Below the pieces are notes generated by a model. That model did no database searches. It saw nothing but the letters and a program-made list of their open reading frames with translations, and was not told the DNA's origin. 50,984 nt of DNA from a phage, in sequence record NC_100129.1; one strand, written 5' to 3'. Position 1 is the stretch's first letter; each line of letters starts with the position of its first letter. Positions 8,462 through 17,554 of this stretch are shown here, one piece after another. Made by a program: the position numbers and the translations under genes.

Positions 8462-9580
8462 TTATTTCTCTGCCATCTCAGGATAAAACATAAAGCGTCC
8501 GATTTCGCCGTGTTCTTTGTCGTAAATGATAACCGCAGCACGGCGACGGGAACGCCAACCGCCTCGCGCGGCGTATGCGTCTTTAGCTGCCATCGTGCTA
8601 TGTACTTCAACAATGCCGAGCGATGTTTCTGTTACAGTCTGATGATGAAAATGCCCTACGTGCGCATACATCGTTTTTGAGTTGCCGAAGTCCTCCCGCC
8701 AGTCTGCCGCGCACATCATTAGCAATGTTTCCGGCTTGCGTACGGTGTGACCGTGATGATATGCAAGGAAGGTTTTTCCGTACTGCGTATGGTGAACCAC
8801 TCGCGGCGATACATCAACGTAAACGCGAGGCTCTTTTTCATATGCCGCCGCCATAGCTGCACGTAACCAGATCATGCCGCTTTGGTCATGGTTTCCCTCA
8901 ATTATCTGGATCTCTACTTCTTTGTGTTTTTTGAGCATCAACTCAATGGCACGACGGACGGCGCGGATTGCCACGTAAACCAATTTTGCGTATCGGCTAT
9001 CTTGATCCAGGACGTGACCGCTTGCAGGCGTTACTGCTTCCAGGCCGTCACTATGAAGCATGTCACCCCCAATCAGTAGCACTGCTTTCTCGCTGAACGG
9101 TGCGCAGGCCACAGCATAATCGAAAAAGTCATTCATTACTTTCTCAGCCGTGGACGTATCCCAATTCTCGCCGCATTCGTGTTTGTGCGCCATAGCTCCC
9201 AGGTGCATATCAAAAACTGGGTAAAGGGCAAGGCTTTCTCTGTATTCGCTAGTTTCTTCTGGTGTCGGATCTACGCGAGGCAATTCTTCGGTAAAAGCGT
9301 CCATAGCTGCGCGCATCAACGCTTCCAGTTGCTCTTTGTCCTTACTGGTCTTTGTCCATTTGACGATCACGTTTCCGTCTTTGTCGGTCATGACCGATTC
9401 ACCGTGAACACCAAACCCAGGCGTTCCGATGGTGGATATTTTACCCTGCTTTGCCAGTCGTGCCGCGCGGCGCTCGACACTACGAACGTTAAGGCCGTAT
9501 TCCTCAGCAATCTGCCGATAGCTCTTACCCTTTAATCGCTCATGCGTGAATTGCTCGTCCGTTATCTTGCTTTGACTCAT
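8462..9580 (-). CDS. calcineurin-like metallophosphoesterase with N-terminal HTH domain
   Basis: N-terminal HTH (SYRQIAEEYGLNVRSVERR); phosphoesterase motifs DMH, GDMLHSDG, EGNHDQ, GHFHH. Confidence 0.65.
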   Translation of the reverse strand: MSQSKITDEQFTHERLKGKSYRQIAEEYGLNVRSVERRAARLAKQGKISTIGTPGFGVHGESVMTDKDGNVIVKWTKTSKDKEQLEALMRAAMDAFTEELPRVDPTPEETSEYRESLALYPVFDMHLGAMAHKHECGENWDTSTAEKVMNDFFDYAVACAPFSEKAVLLIGGDMLHSDGLEAVTPASGHVLDQDSRYAKLVYVAIRAVRRAIELMLKKHKEVEIQIIEGNHDQSGMIWLRAAMAAAYEKEPRVYVDVSPRVVHHTQYGKTFLAYHHGHTVRKPETLLMMCAADWREDFGNSKTMYAHVGHFHHQTVTETSLGIVEVHSTMAAKDAYAARGGWRSRRRAAVIIYDKEHGEIGRFMFYPEMAEK

Positions 9581-9679
9581 GATTTTTCTCCTATTGTCAC
9601 ATTACGATGCTATACATGATAGCGGTCGCAATGATAACGGGTAACGGTAGAACAAACAAGCGCCACATGATAACAATCC

Positions 9680-9943
9680 TCATTTATAATATTTGCGAGG
9701 CTCTCGAATTTTAGCCATTGCCTCTTTGAAATCAATTTTTGTTGGTATAGCTGGAACTCGCACCATCTTGCGCGGCCTTTCCTTGAGGAAAGTCATTTTC
9801 CCGCCGCCGATTACGCTGATGTCGGCAATATCAAAATATTGCGCGATTTTCTTTATGTCGTCAGCCATCCCCATTTCGTTTATATGTTGCCAGACTGCTT
9901 CACGCCCTTGTTCAACTTTCATGCTTATAATATGCCTCCGCAA
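9680..9943 (-). CDS. hypothetical protein (87 aa)
   Basis: ORF in co-directional cluster. Confidence 0.45.
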   Translation of the reverse strand: MRRHIISMKVEQGREAVWQHINEMGMADDIKKIAQYFDIADISVIGGGKMTFLKERPRKMVRVPAIPTKIDFKEAMAKIREPRKYYK

Positions 9944-10097
9944 ATTCTAATGGGTAGTGACCATATGCAACGCGAAGTAGAATCATTGCAGCGCCCCAAT
10001 CAAGCTGCATATTGTTTTTCGTTCCACCTTTTACCGCCTCGCGTGCTGTTTGTTGCGCCTGGTCAAATGCTTTCTTGCTATATACTACCATTTTCAT
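9912..10097 (-). CDS. hypothetical protein (61 aa)
   Basis: ORF with GAGGAAATGAAA RBS, downstream of dyad motif 10148-10167. Confidence 0.45.
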   Translation of the reverse strand: MKMVVYSKKAFDQAQQTAREAVKGGTKNNMQLDWGAAMILLRVAYGHYPLEFAEAYYKHES

Positions 10098-10147
10098 TTC
10101 CTCATGTTCGTTTCGATGAAATAATTATGCCCGACAAAATGCCGGGC

Positions 10148-10167
10148 GTTTTAACAAAAAGTGCTAT
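10148..10167 (-). promoter_or_regulatory. dyad motif copy (reverse orientation)
   Basis: Minus strand reads ATAGCACTTTTTGTTAAAAC, then hairpin, CATAAT, TCATCGAAACGA, RBS, ATG of 9912-10097 gene. Confidence 0.6.
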
Positions 10168-10424
10168 TAGTGGATCATTCCGTGCTGAAAATTCCACGAA
10201 TCGACAAATTCTTGCATGTCATTTCTGATCTGTTCATGCCATTTTTCAAGCGGGAGTTTTTTTGTCTCCTCAAAGCTCATATCCAATGCGCTTGAAAATT
10301 CCCACGGATCGCAATCAATCATCTTTTTCACGTTAGGGTTTTTATCAAGCGCATCGCAAACCATAGCGCGATAAAGCAACCATTCGCCACACTCATTTAA
10401 ATAAACGCTTCTTTCTTTTTGCAT
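10167..10424 (-). CDS. hypothetical protein (85 aa)
   Basis: ORF; stop adjacent to dyad motif. Confidence 0.5.
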   Translation of the reverse strand: MQKERSVYLNECGEWLLYRAMVCDALDKNPNVKKMIDCDPWEFSSALDMSFEETKKLPLEKWHEQIRNDMQEFVDSWNFQHGMIH

Positions 10425-10428
10425 GATA

Positions 10429-11130
10429 TTAACTCCGCTTTCTTGCCCGACGCTCTGCCACGGAAGGGCAAATGTCGCTGATTTTAACGTATCGCGTTTT
10501 CTGATGCTCGCCTTCTTTCAGTTCACGCATGATGAAAATAACGCTTCCTTTGTTGTTGCCCTGTACTGGTTTACCTGTAAGTGCGGAAGTAAACGCCAGG
10601 CGTCCGGTGCGTGAATATTCTGTTCCATCCTCTTTGTAAACTTCTCCAGTGATCCAGATTATTTCCGCCGCGTGCTGTTGCGCTTCATAAAACCATCCTG
10701 TTGATGTGTCGCATGGTAAAAGCATGTCGATCTGGTTGTTGTGCTCCATCTGCTCAATCGCTTTCTTAACGAATGGCGTGATGTTGCTGTATGGTGGATT
10801 AAGCCAGATGTGCTTATTGCTACCCCACCAACGCTTTAAGCAATTCGTTTCCTTGCTGTAGAATTTTTCGCATACAGCATTATCTTCGCTTGCTGCCGCG
10901 TCGATGTCATAATCACCATATTCGCTTTCCATCCATGCGACAAGCTCTGATGGCGTAGACCATAAATCGCGCACAACGTCCGGCGTATTGCTTCCGTTAT
11001 ATCGGTTGCCAGTCACTTTGAAATATTGATTTGACTTAACTGCCTGGTAATGGCCTCCGGTCGCTAGGGCATTACCTACAAACGTTTCTCGTTCGATTTG
11101 TTCAAAGCTGATTTCAATTTCTTTCTTCAC
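10429..11130 (-). CDS. dam: DNA N6-adenine methyltransferase (phage Dam family)
   Basis: Catalytic NPPY motif (WLNPPYSN); 233 aa typical of phage Dam-type orphan methylases. Confidence 0.8.
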   Translation of the reverse strand: MKKEIEISFEQIERETFVGNALATGGHYQAVKSNQYFKVTGNRYNGSNTPDVVRDLWSTPSELVAWMESEYGDYDIDAAASEDNAVCEKFYSKETNCLKRWWGSNKHIWLNPPYSNITPFVKKAIEQMEHNNQIDMLLPCDTSTGWFYEAQQHAAEIIWITGEVYKEDGTEYSRTGRLAFTSALTGKPVQGNNKGSVIFIMRELKEGEHQKTRYVKISDICPSVAERRARKRS

Positions 11131-11186
11131 GTTAATATCCTCGCGATTGCCTTGTTTATTTGATTATGGCGCAATCCATCGCGCCT

Positions 11187-11206
11187 GTTTTAACAAAAAG
11201 TGCTAT
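11187..11206 (-). promoter_or_regulatory. dyad motif copy (reverse orientation)
   Basis: Overlaps stop of VRR-NUC gene; upstream of dam. Confidence 0.6.
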
Positions 11207-11622
11207 TTCAGCATGTAATCAACTGCGATCATGAATTGCTTGTAACCGTAGGTGACGGCAGCGAAGCCGCCAAGCTCGCGCACGCGGCGCAAGAAGGCTT
11301 TTTGCTCTTTGCTGACTGGTGAAGCCTTTCCCTTGCCCGACTTGTTGACGCGCTTCATTTCAATTGCCGCGAACGGATAGCGGCCTTTCAATCCAATCAG
11401 GATGATGAAGTCACTCACACCCTTAACGAGTCCAGCTTGCTGATCCATCATTGCAGTGGCGATTCCCTTTTCGCCTTCGTTTTTCGTATGCCAGGCCAGC
11501 AATTCAGGATGAGCATAAGTTACCCATTGAAACGCACCTATTTGGTGAGATTCTTCTTTTAGTGTATCTGTTGGATCCCTTTCGTAAAACTCCAGATAGT
11601 CACCTTTATCAGTCATTGCCAT
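11203..11622 (-). CDS. VRR-NUC domain nuclease (PD-(D/E)XK)
   Basis: GVSDFIILIG...AAIEMKR and SKEQKAFLRRVRELGGFAAV match VRR-NUC signature; overlaps start of helicase gene as is common. Confidence 0.65.
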   Translation of the reverse strand: MAMTDKGDYLEFYERDPTDTLKEESHQIGAFQWVTYAHPELLAWHTKNEGEKGIATAMMDQQAGLVKGVSDFIILIGLKGRYPFAAIEMKRVNKSGKGKASPVSKEQKAFLRRVRELGGFAAVTYGYKQFMIAVDYMLK

Positions 11623-13648
11623 AATTAAACTCCTTCTTGTATATATTATCTTCGCCCTTGCTCGTCTTGCGGTGAGTTACCATCGACGGCGGCATGATGT
11701 GATTCGCATATTGCATGATTTTTCTTGCATTGCGATAGCTTGCCACCATGCCAGCAATACGGCGATCCTGTATATGCTTTAACGCGACTCTACGCCATTT
11801 ATCCCTGCAAATCTTGCTTTCTGATTCAGGGAAAAATATCTCTCTCGCCCTGAATGTGTCGATGCCGTCGGAAAGCTCATAATTGAAGATGATCCCTTTC
11901 TGATTTTTCGTCATGTCAACCGAGAAAGATTTTACCTGGAACCAGTCGTTTTTTGTGTAGTGCTTACCGCTTAACTTTTCGTTAGGGTCAATAAGCGACA
12001 CATCGCAATGCCTGCACACCCTGGCCGCAATATCATTCTTAGCACCACAGCCGTGATGGATCACCTTTCTGGTGCGCGGGTCTATCCGATCCTCACATAT
12101 CTTGTATTTGAAAAACCATTCGCATCTGTTTCCGTTTTCGTCTACGTGCATACAACGTCGAGCGTAATAGCTGTTTAACGTCTTGCATACAGGGCAAGGC
12201 TTCGGATCTTTTCCGTTTTTGAATCTCTTCTGATGCTGCGCCTGCTCCAGTATCGGATCGAAATAAAGCTCTCCTAACTCGTCCATCGTGCCGGAAAAGT
12301 CCAAAACAAGATGATCGTCTTTATGAAAGCCCTGCTCTTTGTGCCACTTTTTAAGCAGTCGCATACCGCGACCTAAAAGCTGAATCAACAAAGTTAGCGA
12401 TCCAATCTTACGCAGAATAACTGACGTATCCCAAAACGGCACGTTAACGCCAGTGGTTAGCGCCTGCACCTGGAAGATGTATTTTACTTTCCCCTCGTAT
12501 GCTTCTTTCAGCCATTCTTTACGCTGATTGTCGCCAGTCTTGCCAGTGATGATCCGGTAAGTCGTGCCAGGAGGCAACGCTGCCGCCGCCTCTTTACAAT
12601 GTCTTTCACCTGCACATGTCACCAATACGCCGTTACGGTTTTTACATATTTCGTGCACCTTCTCCATGATTCGCTTAGTCATAGTGGCTTCTTCATGGAT
12701 CTTCTGTTCCATTTTGCGAAGCGTTTTAGCGTCAAAATCTGCAACGCCGTCCTCGCTGGATGCCTCGAACTCTGACAGGTCATAACCGAGATCGCCAACG
12801 TCGCCAAAATTAGTTGGCACGACCGAACCGAATTTGATCAGGTAGTTGGTATCTATGTTCGTAACCTGTTCTCGCCAAAATCCTTTCTGTTTTTTATCTT
12901 CAACCAGGATTGGAACCACGCCGCGAAATTCCGATCCAGTCATGCCAAATATACGCAATTCGTGACCGTATTCCTTCCTGCAACGACGCATCATTTCCAT
13001 GATGATAACGGTGTACTGTGTCCGGCCTGTTCCTTCCATTGGCAAGCCATCTTCCCCAATCAGGAATTCATCACACTCATGGGCGTTCGTGATGTCGTAA
13101 TCTGGATTCTTTACTTTCTCGCCCTTTTTTGTCGTCATTTGAATTAGCGATTCGTCATTCTCTATCGCGTCGGCAAGGTCTTCCCAATCCACCTGATGAC
13201 ACTCGTCAATCCCGATAACGTGCGGCGCGTAGTCTCCAAGTGACTTAAACAGGCCGTTAACTACAGTTCCCTCAGAACCAACAACAATAGGAAAGTATGC
13301 GCTTTTGGTTTTCAGTCCAGCACAATAAATGGAATTTGGCACGCCGAGATTTGTGATCTCCTCTGAATCCTGATCCACAATTTCAGCCTGTCGCGCCAAT
13401 ACCATCATTTTCAAGCCCATTTTCCGGCATTGCGCCGCAACCATTGCAAACATCAATGTTTTGCCTGCTGATACTGACGCTTTAATAAAGAATGGATGCT
13501 GATAATTGCGCATACGCTTTGCGATCTCAGTGTATGCAACAACCTGGTAAGGATATGGCACAATATCGCCAACCGTGAAACGCTCCTGTATTTTTCGGAT
13601 CGTTTCTTCACCTAAAGCGGCTATCTGCTTTTCAATATTAGGAATCAT
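11609..13648 (-). CDS. superfamily 2 DNA helicase
   Basis: Walker A SAGKT, motif II IDECHQ (DEAH-like), C-terminal Cys cluster (CPVCK...C..C); 679 aa. Confidence 0.8.
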   Translation of the reverse strand: MIPNIEKQIAALGEETIRKIQERFTVGDIVPYPYQVVAYTEIAKRMRNYQHPFFIKASVSAGKTLMFAMVAAQCRKMGLKMMVLARQAEIVDQDSEEITNLGVPNSIYCAGLKTKSAYFPIVVGSEGTVVNGLFKSLGDYAPHVIGIDECHQVDWEDLADAIENDESLIQMTTKKGEKVKNPDYDITNAHECDEFLIGEDGLPMEGTGRTQYTVIIMEMMRRCRKEYGHELRIFGMTGSEFRGVVPILVEDKKQKGFWREQVTNIDTNYLIKFGSVVPTNFGDVGDLGYDLSEFEASSEDGVADFDAKTLRKMEQKIHEEATMTKRIMEKVHEICKNRNGVLVTCAGERHCKEAAAALPPGTTYRIITGKTGDNQRKEWLKEAYEGKVKYIFQVQALTTGVNVPFWDTSVILRKIGSLTLLIQLLGRGMRLLKKWHKEQGFHKDDHLVLDFSGTMDELGELYFDPILEQAQHQKRFKNGKDPKPCPVCKTLNSYYARRCMHVDENGNRCEWFFKYKICEDRIDPRTRKVIHHGCGAKNDIAARVCRHCDVSLIDPNEKLSGKHYTKNDWFQVKSFSVDMTKNQKGIIFNYELSDGIDTFRAREIFFPESESKICRDKWRRVALKHIQDRRIAGMVASYRNARKIMQYANHIMPPSMVTHRKTSKGEDNIYKKEFNYGND

Positions 13649-13703
13649 AACTGTCTCTTTTAATAAGCCATTAGGCGTGTATAATACACACGTTCAAAAG
13701 CTA

Positions 13704-13723
13704 TTTTTAACAAAAAGTGCTAT
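13704..13723 (-). promoter_or_regulatory. dyad motif copy (reverse orientation)
   Basis: In divergent region between helicase (minus) and HTH regulator (plus) genes. Confidence 0.55.
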
Positions 13724-13733
13724 GAGGTGCAAA

Positions 13734-14210
13734 ATGAAAGAAAAGCGAATCGCGGCCTATACTGGTGAGATTGACAAGCGAACATTGAACGGCAACAACG
13801 GAACGCGACGCGGCAAGGACAAGAAGCCACGCAAGCCGCGCACCGGATATTACATACTGAAAGAAGAAGTAAAAGCCGGACTGACCGCTCGCCTTGATAT
13901 TCTTCTGGAGTATTTCGGAGGTGTGGCAAATATGGCTCGTCGATTGGGAGTATCCCAGCAAACTGTAAATATGTGGCGCAAGCGCGGGATGATTTCAGCG
14001 ATGGGCGCACAACGCGTGCATAATGACTACAAATATAATGGCTGTAAAGGCTATCGCGCATCATTCTGTCGCCCGGATCTAAAATTCGACTCAAACGGTA
14101 AACCGCTTGTTACACGTTGCGAACGTCGTGAGATGTTGAGAGTGGTAACGATGCGCGATTATGAACCTGGCGGAATATTCTACAAAGAACCAAAAAGCAC
14201 AAATAGCTAA
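13734..14210 (+). CDS. HTH DNA-binding protein (Cro/YdaS-like), putative transcriptional regulator
   Basis: HTH GGVANMARRLGVSQQTVNMWRKRGMIS; basic N-terminal region. Confidence 0.6.
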   Translation: MKEKRIAAYTGEIDKRTLNGNNGTRRGKDKKPRKPRTGYYILKEEVKAGLTARLDILLEYFGGVANMARRLGVSQQTVNMWRKRGMISAMGAQRVHNDYKYNGCKGYRASFCRPDLKFDSNGKPLVTRCERREMLRVVTMRDYEPGGIFYKEPKSTNS

Positions 14211-14267
14211 AATTAATTGCCTGGCGTGGTTTATCATTGCCAGGCTTTTTCTTGTATGAGGTTTACA

Positions 14268-15179
14268 ATGCACTACGACAAAGACGAAGTTTTACCGCGT
14301 ATGCTGGGAATGTGGCAAACTGCATTAATGAAACTATGCAATGCGCCTCAATCTTTCTTTAATGGCAAGCATCAACCGTGCCTGTATTGTGGTGGCAAAG
14401 ACCGCGCTCGTTGGACTAACCAACTCGCAAAGAAAGGTGATGGCGGCAATATCTGCAACGTATGCGGTAACGATAGCGGGATCGGGTTGTTTATGCGATT
14501 GCGCGGGGAAAGCTATAGCGAAGCAATTAACACGCTGGGCGACTGGCTCAATCTCGTTCCGGTCGAAGTGGTGGCAAAGGCTAACAAGATAGCGTCGCGC
14601 TCGTCCGGCTACAATTTCGGGAAGCAGGCCAGCCATGAATGCTGTGAAAGAGTAATGGCAAAGACGCTTAAATTTGATCGCACTCCTTTAAGCGTATTTG
14701 AAGGAATCTACCCGCCTGATGATGGTCATTACGATTGCGGAGTTAAGGATGGGCGATACATTCACGCGCTTCCGTGCCGACTTGTTCACGAAGACGGCGT
14801 GGATGATGAGATGTGCAATATTCTCTTTATCACAGAGGAAGGCGATAAATCATTTCTGGCAAAGGATTACACGCGCGGATCGGTTGTTGTAACTGGTAGC
14901 ACAGATAAGACGATCTATTTGTGCACTGACTGGGTAAATGCTCAGCATGTGCACATTGCGACGGGGCAAGAAGTATGGACGTGCTACAATAACTACAATC
15001 TTGAGATGGTTGCCCACAGATACAAAGGAAATCGAAAGATGCGCGTCGTATGCCATAAAGATGATCGGGATGTAATAATCGCCGCCGATGAAAGAAACCT
15101 TGATGTTATGCTGCCGATTGGTGGAAACTTCAAAAATGGCATTGAGAAAAAACTTTACAAGCCTGAATCGCTTTTATAA
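14268..15179 (+). CDS. DNA primase with zinc-ribbon (P4-alpha-like Zn-binding domain)
   Basis: CLYCGGKDRARW...CNVCGNDSGIGLFM matches primase zinc-ribbon motif; GAGG RBS at start; terminator downstream. Confidence 0.65.
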   Translation: MHYDKDEVLPRMLGMWQTALMKLCNAPQSFFNGKHQPCLYCGGKDRARWTNQLAKKGDGGNICNVCGNDSGIGLFMRLRGESYSEAINTLGDWLNLVPVEVVAKANKIASRSSGYNFGKQASHECCERVMAKTLKFDRTPLSVFEGIYPPDDGHYDCGVKDGRYIHALPCRLVHEDGVDDEMCNILFITEEGDKSFLAKDYTRGSVVVTGSTDKTIYLCTDWVNAQHVHIATGQEVWTCYNNYNLEMVAHRYKGNRKMRVVCHKDDRDVIIAADERNLDVMLPIGGNFKNGIEKKLYKPESLL

Positions 15180-15219
15180 GATTAGCGAGAATCCATCGTT
15201 ATCACTTCCTTTATGCTTA

Positions 15220-15243
15220 CCCCGCTACGCGGGGTTTTTTTTT
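15220..15243 (+). terminator. rho-independent terminator after primase gene
   Basis: CCCCGCTACGCGGGG followed by TTTTTTTTT. Confidence 0.8.
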
Positions 15244-15274
15244 GCCTGCAAAACTGCTATTCTCAATGTTGTCA

Positions 15275-15291
15275 TTAGCAAAAAGTGCTAT
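15275..15291 (-). promoter_or_regulatory. dyad motif copy, variant (TTAGCAAAAAGTGCTAT)
   Basis: About 12 nt upstream of RBS of tail fibre gene, after primase terminator. Confidence 0.5.
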
Positions 15292-15308
15292 ACAGGAGAA
15301 AATTACAG

Positions 15309-17264
15309 ATGGCAATTTATCGCAAAGGTCAAGCGTCAATGGACGCTCAAGGCTATATAACTGGCTACGGGACGAACTGGCGTGAGCAGTTAACGCTGAT
15401 CCGTTCCGGCGCAACCATTATTTTTCTGACTCAGCCGCTACAGGCCGCAGTTATCACCGAAGTGGTCAACGATACTAGCATTCGAGCAATCACCACTGGT
15501 GGTGCTGTTGTTCCCCGTTCAGACTACATAATCTTGCTTCATGACTCGTTAACTGTTGATGGCCTGGCGCAAGACGTAGCGGAAACATTGCGCTACTACA
15601 TGGGGAAAGAGTCGGAGCTTGCTGGATTTATTGAGATCATCAAGGATTTTGATTGGGATAAGCTACAGAAGATCCAAGAAGACGTAAAGACAAATGCTGA
15701 CGCAGCAGCAGCAAGCCAGCAGGCAGCTAAAACCAGCGAGAATAACGCGAAGACAAGCGCAACAAATGCAGCGAATAGCAAGAAAGGCGCTGATACTGCA
15801 AAGGCTGCCGCTGAATCCGCGCGCGACGCTGCAAACACTGCAAAGACTGGCGCTGAAGCAGCAAAGTCTGGCGCTGAATCCGCGCGTGACGCTGCGAACA
15901 CCGCAAAGGCAGGCGCTGAAAGTGCGCGAGATAAAGCGGAGGAATACGCAAAGCAGGCCGCAGAACCTTACAAAGACTTATTGCAACCGTTGCCGGACGT
16001 GTGGATACCGTTTAATGATTCGCTTGATATGATTACGGGATTCTCGCCGTCATACAAAAAGATTGTCATAGGTGATGATGAGATCACAATGCCAGGCGAC
16101 AAGATTGTTAAATTTAAACGAGCATCAACCGCCACTTACATTAATAAGTCTGGCGTGCTTACTAATGCTGCTATTGATGAACCTAGATTTGAAAAGGATG
16201 GTCTTCTCATCGAGGGGCAAAGAACAAACCTTCTTATAAATAGCACCAATCCTTCAAAATGGAACAAGTCATCAAACATGGTATTAAACCAATCAGGAGT
16301 TGATGATTTCGGTTTTTCATTTGGCAAGTTTACATTGAAGCCAGAAATGGTAGGGCAAACATCGGCTATTAACATAGTTACAGTATCTGGTAATAAGGGT
16401 TTTGATGTTACTGGTGAAGAAAAAAGAGTAACAATCTCATGCAGAGTAAAGGGAGGTAAAGGAAACATAAGGTGCAGGCTTAGATTTGAAAATTATAATG
16501 ATAGTGGATATACCTTTTTGGGTGATGCTTATCTCGGACTTGAGGACTTGTCAATAGAAAAAACAGGCAGTGCTGCAAACAGGATAACAGCAAGAGCAGT
16601 AAGAGATGAATCAAGCAAATGGATATTTTTTGAGGCCACGATCACAGCATTAGAACAGGAAGGCATGATTGGTGCAATGGTGCAATATGCACCTGAAAAG
16701 GGGGCTGCAACCACTGCCGACGATTACATTTATATTGCAACTCCACAAGTTGAGGGAGGATCTTGTGCCTCTTCTTTCATAATTACAGAAGGAGATCCAG
16801 TAACACGGGCAAGCGATATGGTAAACATACAATCAATTAACAACCTTTCCATTAGACCTTTTACCGTATTATGTGAAGTTGGCATAAACTGGACTACTCC
16901 GCCAAATATTGCTCCTAGAATATTTGATGTTGGAGGCCATAAAAGTGATGAGAATTATTTGTCTTTAGGTTTTGTTTCAACTGGTAAATTGTCTGCAAAC
17001 GTTGGCATGACTCAGCCTCAAATTGCTGTGAGTGGCAATAAATTCATTGCAGGATTGAGAGCAAAATCAGATCTGTCTGTAAATGCTTTCTTTAATGGAA
17101 ACTATACAACCAATCCTAACGGTAAGGTTTTTGGTGTAACTGCAACATCTTTAAGATTTGGTGGACAAACAACTTCTGGATCAAGGCACTTGTTTGGTCA
17201 TGTAAGGAATTTCAGGATGTGGCATAAGGAGCTAACAGATCACCAAATGGGGGAAATTGTATAA
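15309..17264 (+). CDS. tail fibre protein with Ala-rich repeat shaft
   Basis: Long Ala/Ser/Lys-rich quasi-repeats typical of fibre shafts, contains a 63-bp tandem DNA repeat; AGGAG RBS. Confidence 0.7.
   Translation: MAIYRKGQASMDAQGYITGYGTNWREQLTLIRSGATIIFLTQPLQAAVITEVVNDTSIRAITTGGAVVPRSDYIILLHDSLTVDGLAQDVAETLRYYMGKESELAGFIEIIKDFDWDKLQKIQEDVKTNADAAAASQQAAKTSENNAKTSATNAANSKKGADTAKAAAESARDAANTAKTGAEAAKSGAESARDAANTAKAGAESARDKAEEYAKQAAEPYKDLLQPLPDVWIPFNDSLDMITGFSPSYKKIVIGDDEITMPGDKIVKFKRASTATYINKSGVLTNAAIDEPRFEKDGLLIEGQRTNLLINSTNPSKWNKSSNMVLNQSGVDDFGFSFGKFTLKPEMVGQTSAINIVTVSGNKGFDVTGEEKRVTISCRVKGGKGNIRCRLRFENYNDSGYTFLGDAYLGLEDLSIEKTGSAANRITARAVRDESSKWIFFEATITALEQEGMIGAMVQYAPEKGAATTADDYIYIATPQVEGGSCASSFIITEGDPVTRASDMVNIQSINNLSIRPFTVLCEVGINWTTPPNIAPRIFDVGGHKSDENYLSLGFVSTGKLSANVGMTQPQIAVSGNKFIAGLRAKSDLSVNAFFNGNYTTNPNGKVFGVTATSLRFGGQTTSGSRHLFGHVRNFRMWHKELTDHQMGEIV
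15810..15935 (+). repeat. tandem in-frame 63-bp repeat (2 copies) inside tail fibre gene
   Basis: GCTGAATCCGCGCG(C/T)GACGCTGC(A/G)AACAC.GCAAAG... at 15810 and again at 15873; encodes AESARDAANTAK.GAE twice. Confidence 0.8.
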
Positions 17265-17542
17265 TGCGCGATTTAACACTGAAATTTGTAGACAAGGCGG
17301 AGTTTTCCGCCTTTCTGGAAAGAATAGAATGGAACGAAAACGAAAACATTCAGGATGCAATCCTGCTCGATGTAATCGGCAATACTTACACAGTAATTGC
17401 ACGATCTGACGATGGCGAGGAGATTGCGCGAAAGAACGACGGCTATTTCGTCAATGTGCGAATCATTGATGATAAGTTTGATGCCGTAATTTTTAACGAC
17501 TACGTGGTTGAGTTAGATCAGCCGATTAGAGAATGGGCTTAA
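17264..17542 (+). CDS. hypothetical protein (92 aa), possible fibre-associated
   Basis: ORF translationally coupled (TAATG) to tail fibre gene. Confidence 0.45.
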   Translation: MRDLTLKFVDKAEFSAFLERIEWNENENIQDAILLDVIGNTYTVIARSDDGEEIARKNDGYFVNVRIIDDKFDAVIFNDYVVELDQPIREWA

Positions 17543-17554
17543 GGAGTTAGGAAA

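Noticed and set aside
12564-13147. Plus-strand ORFs of 61-73 aa inside the helicase gene
   Set aside because: Antisense to a well-supported 679-aa gene with clear motifs; no RBS; typical shadow ORFs.
15596-16032. Three overlapping ORFs (74-112 aa) on both strands inside the tail fibre gene
   Set aside because: Located in the Ala-rich repetitive region, which is GC-rich and stop-poor in all frames; the sense frame encodes the fibre shaft repeats.
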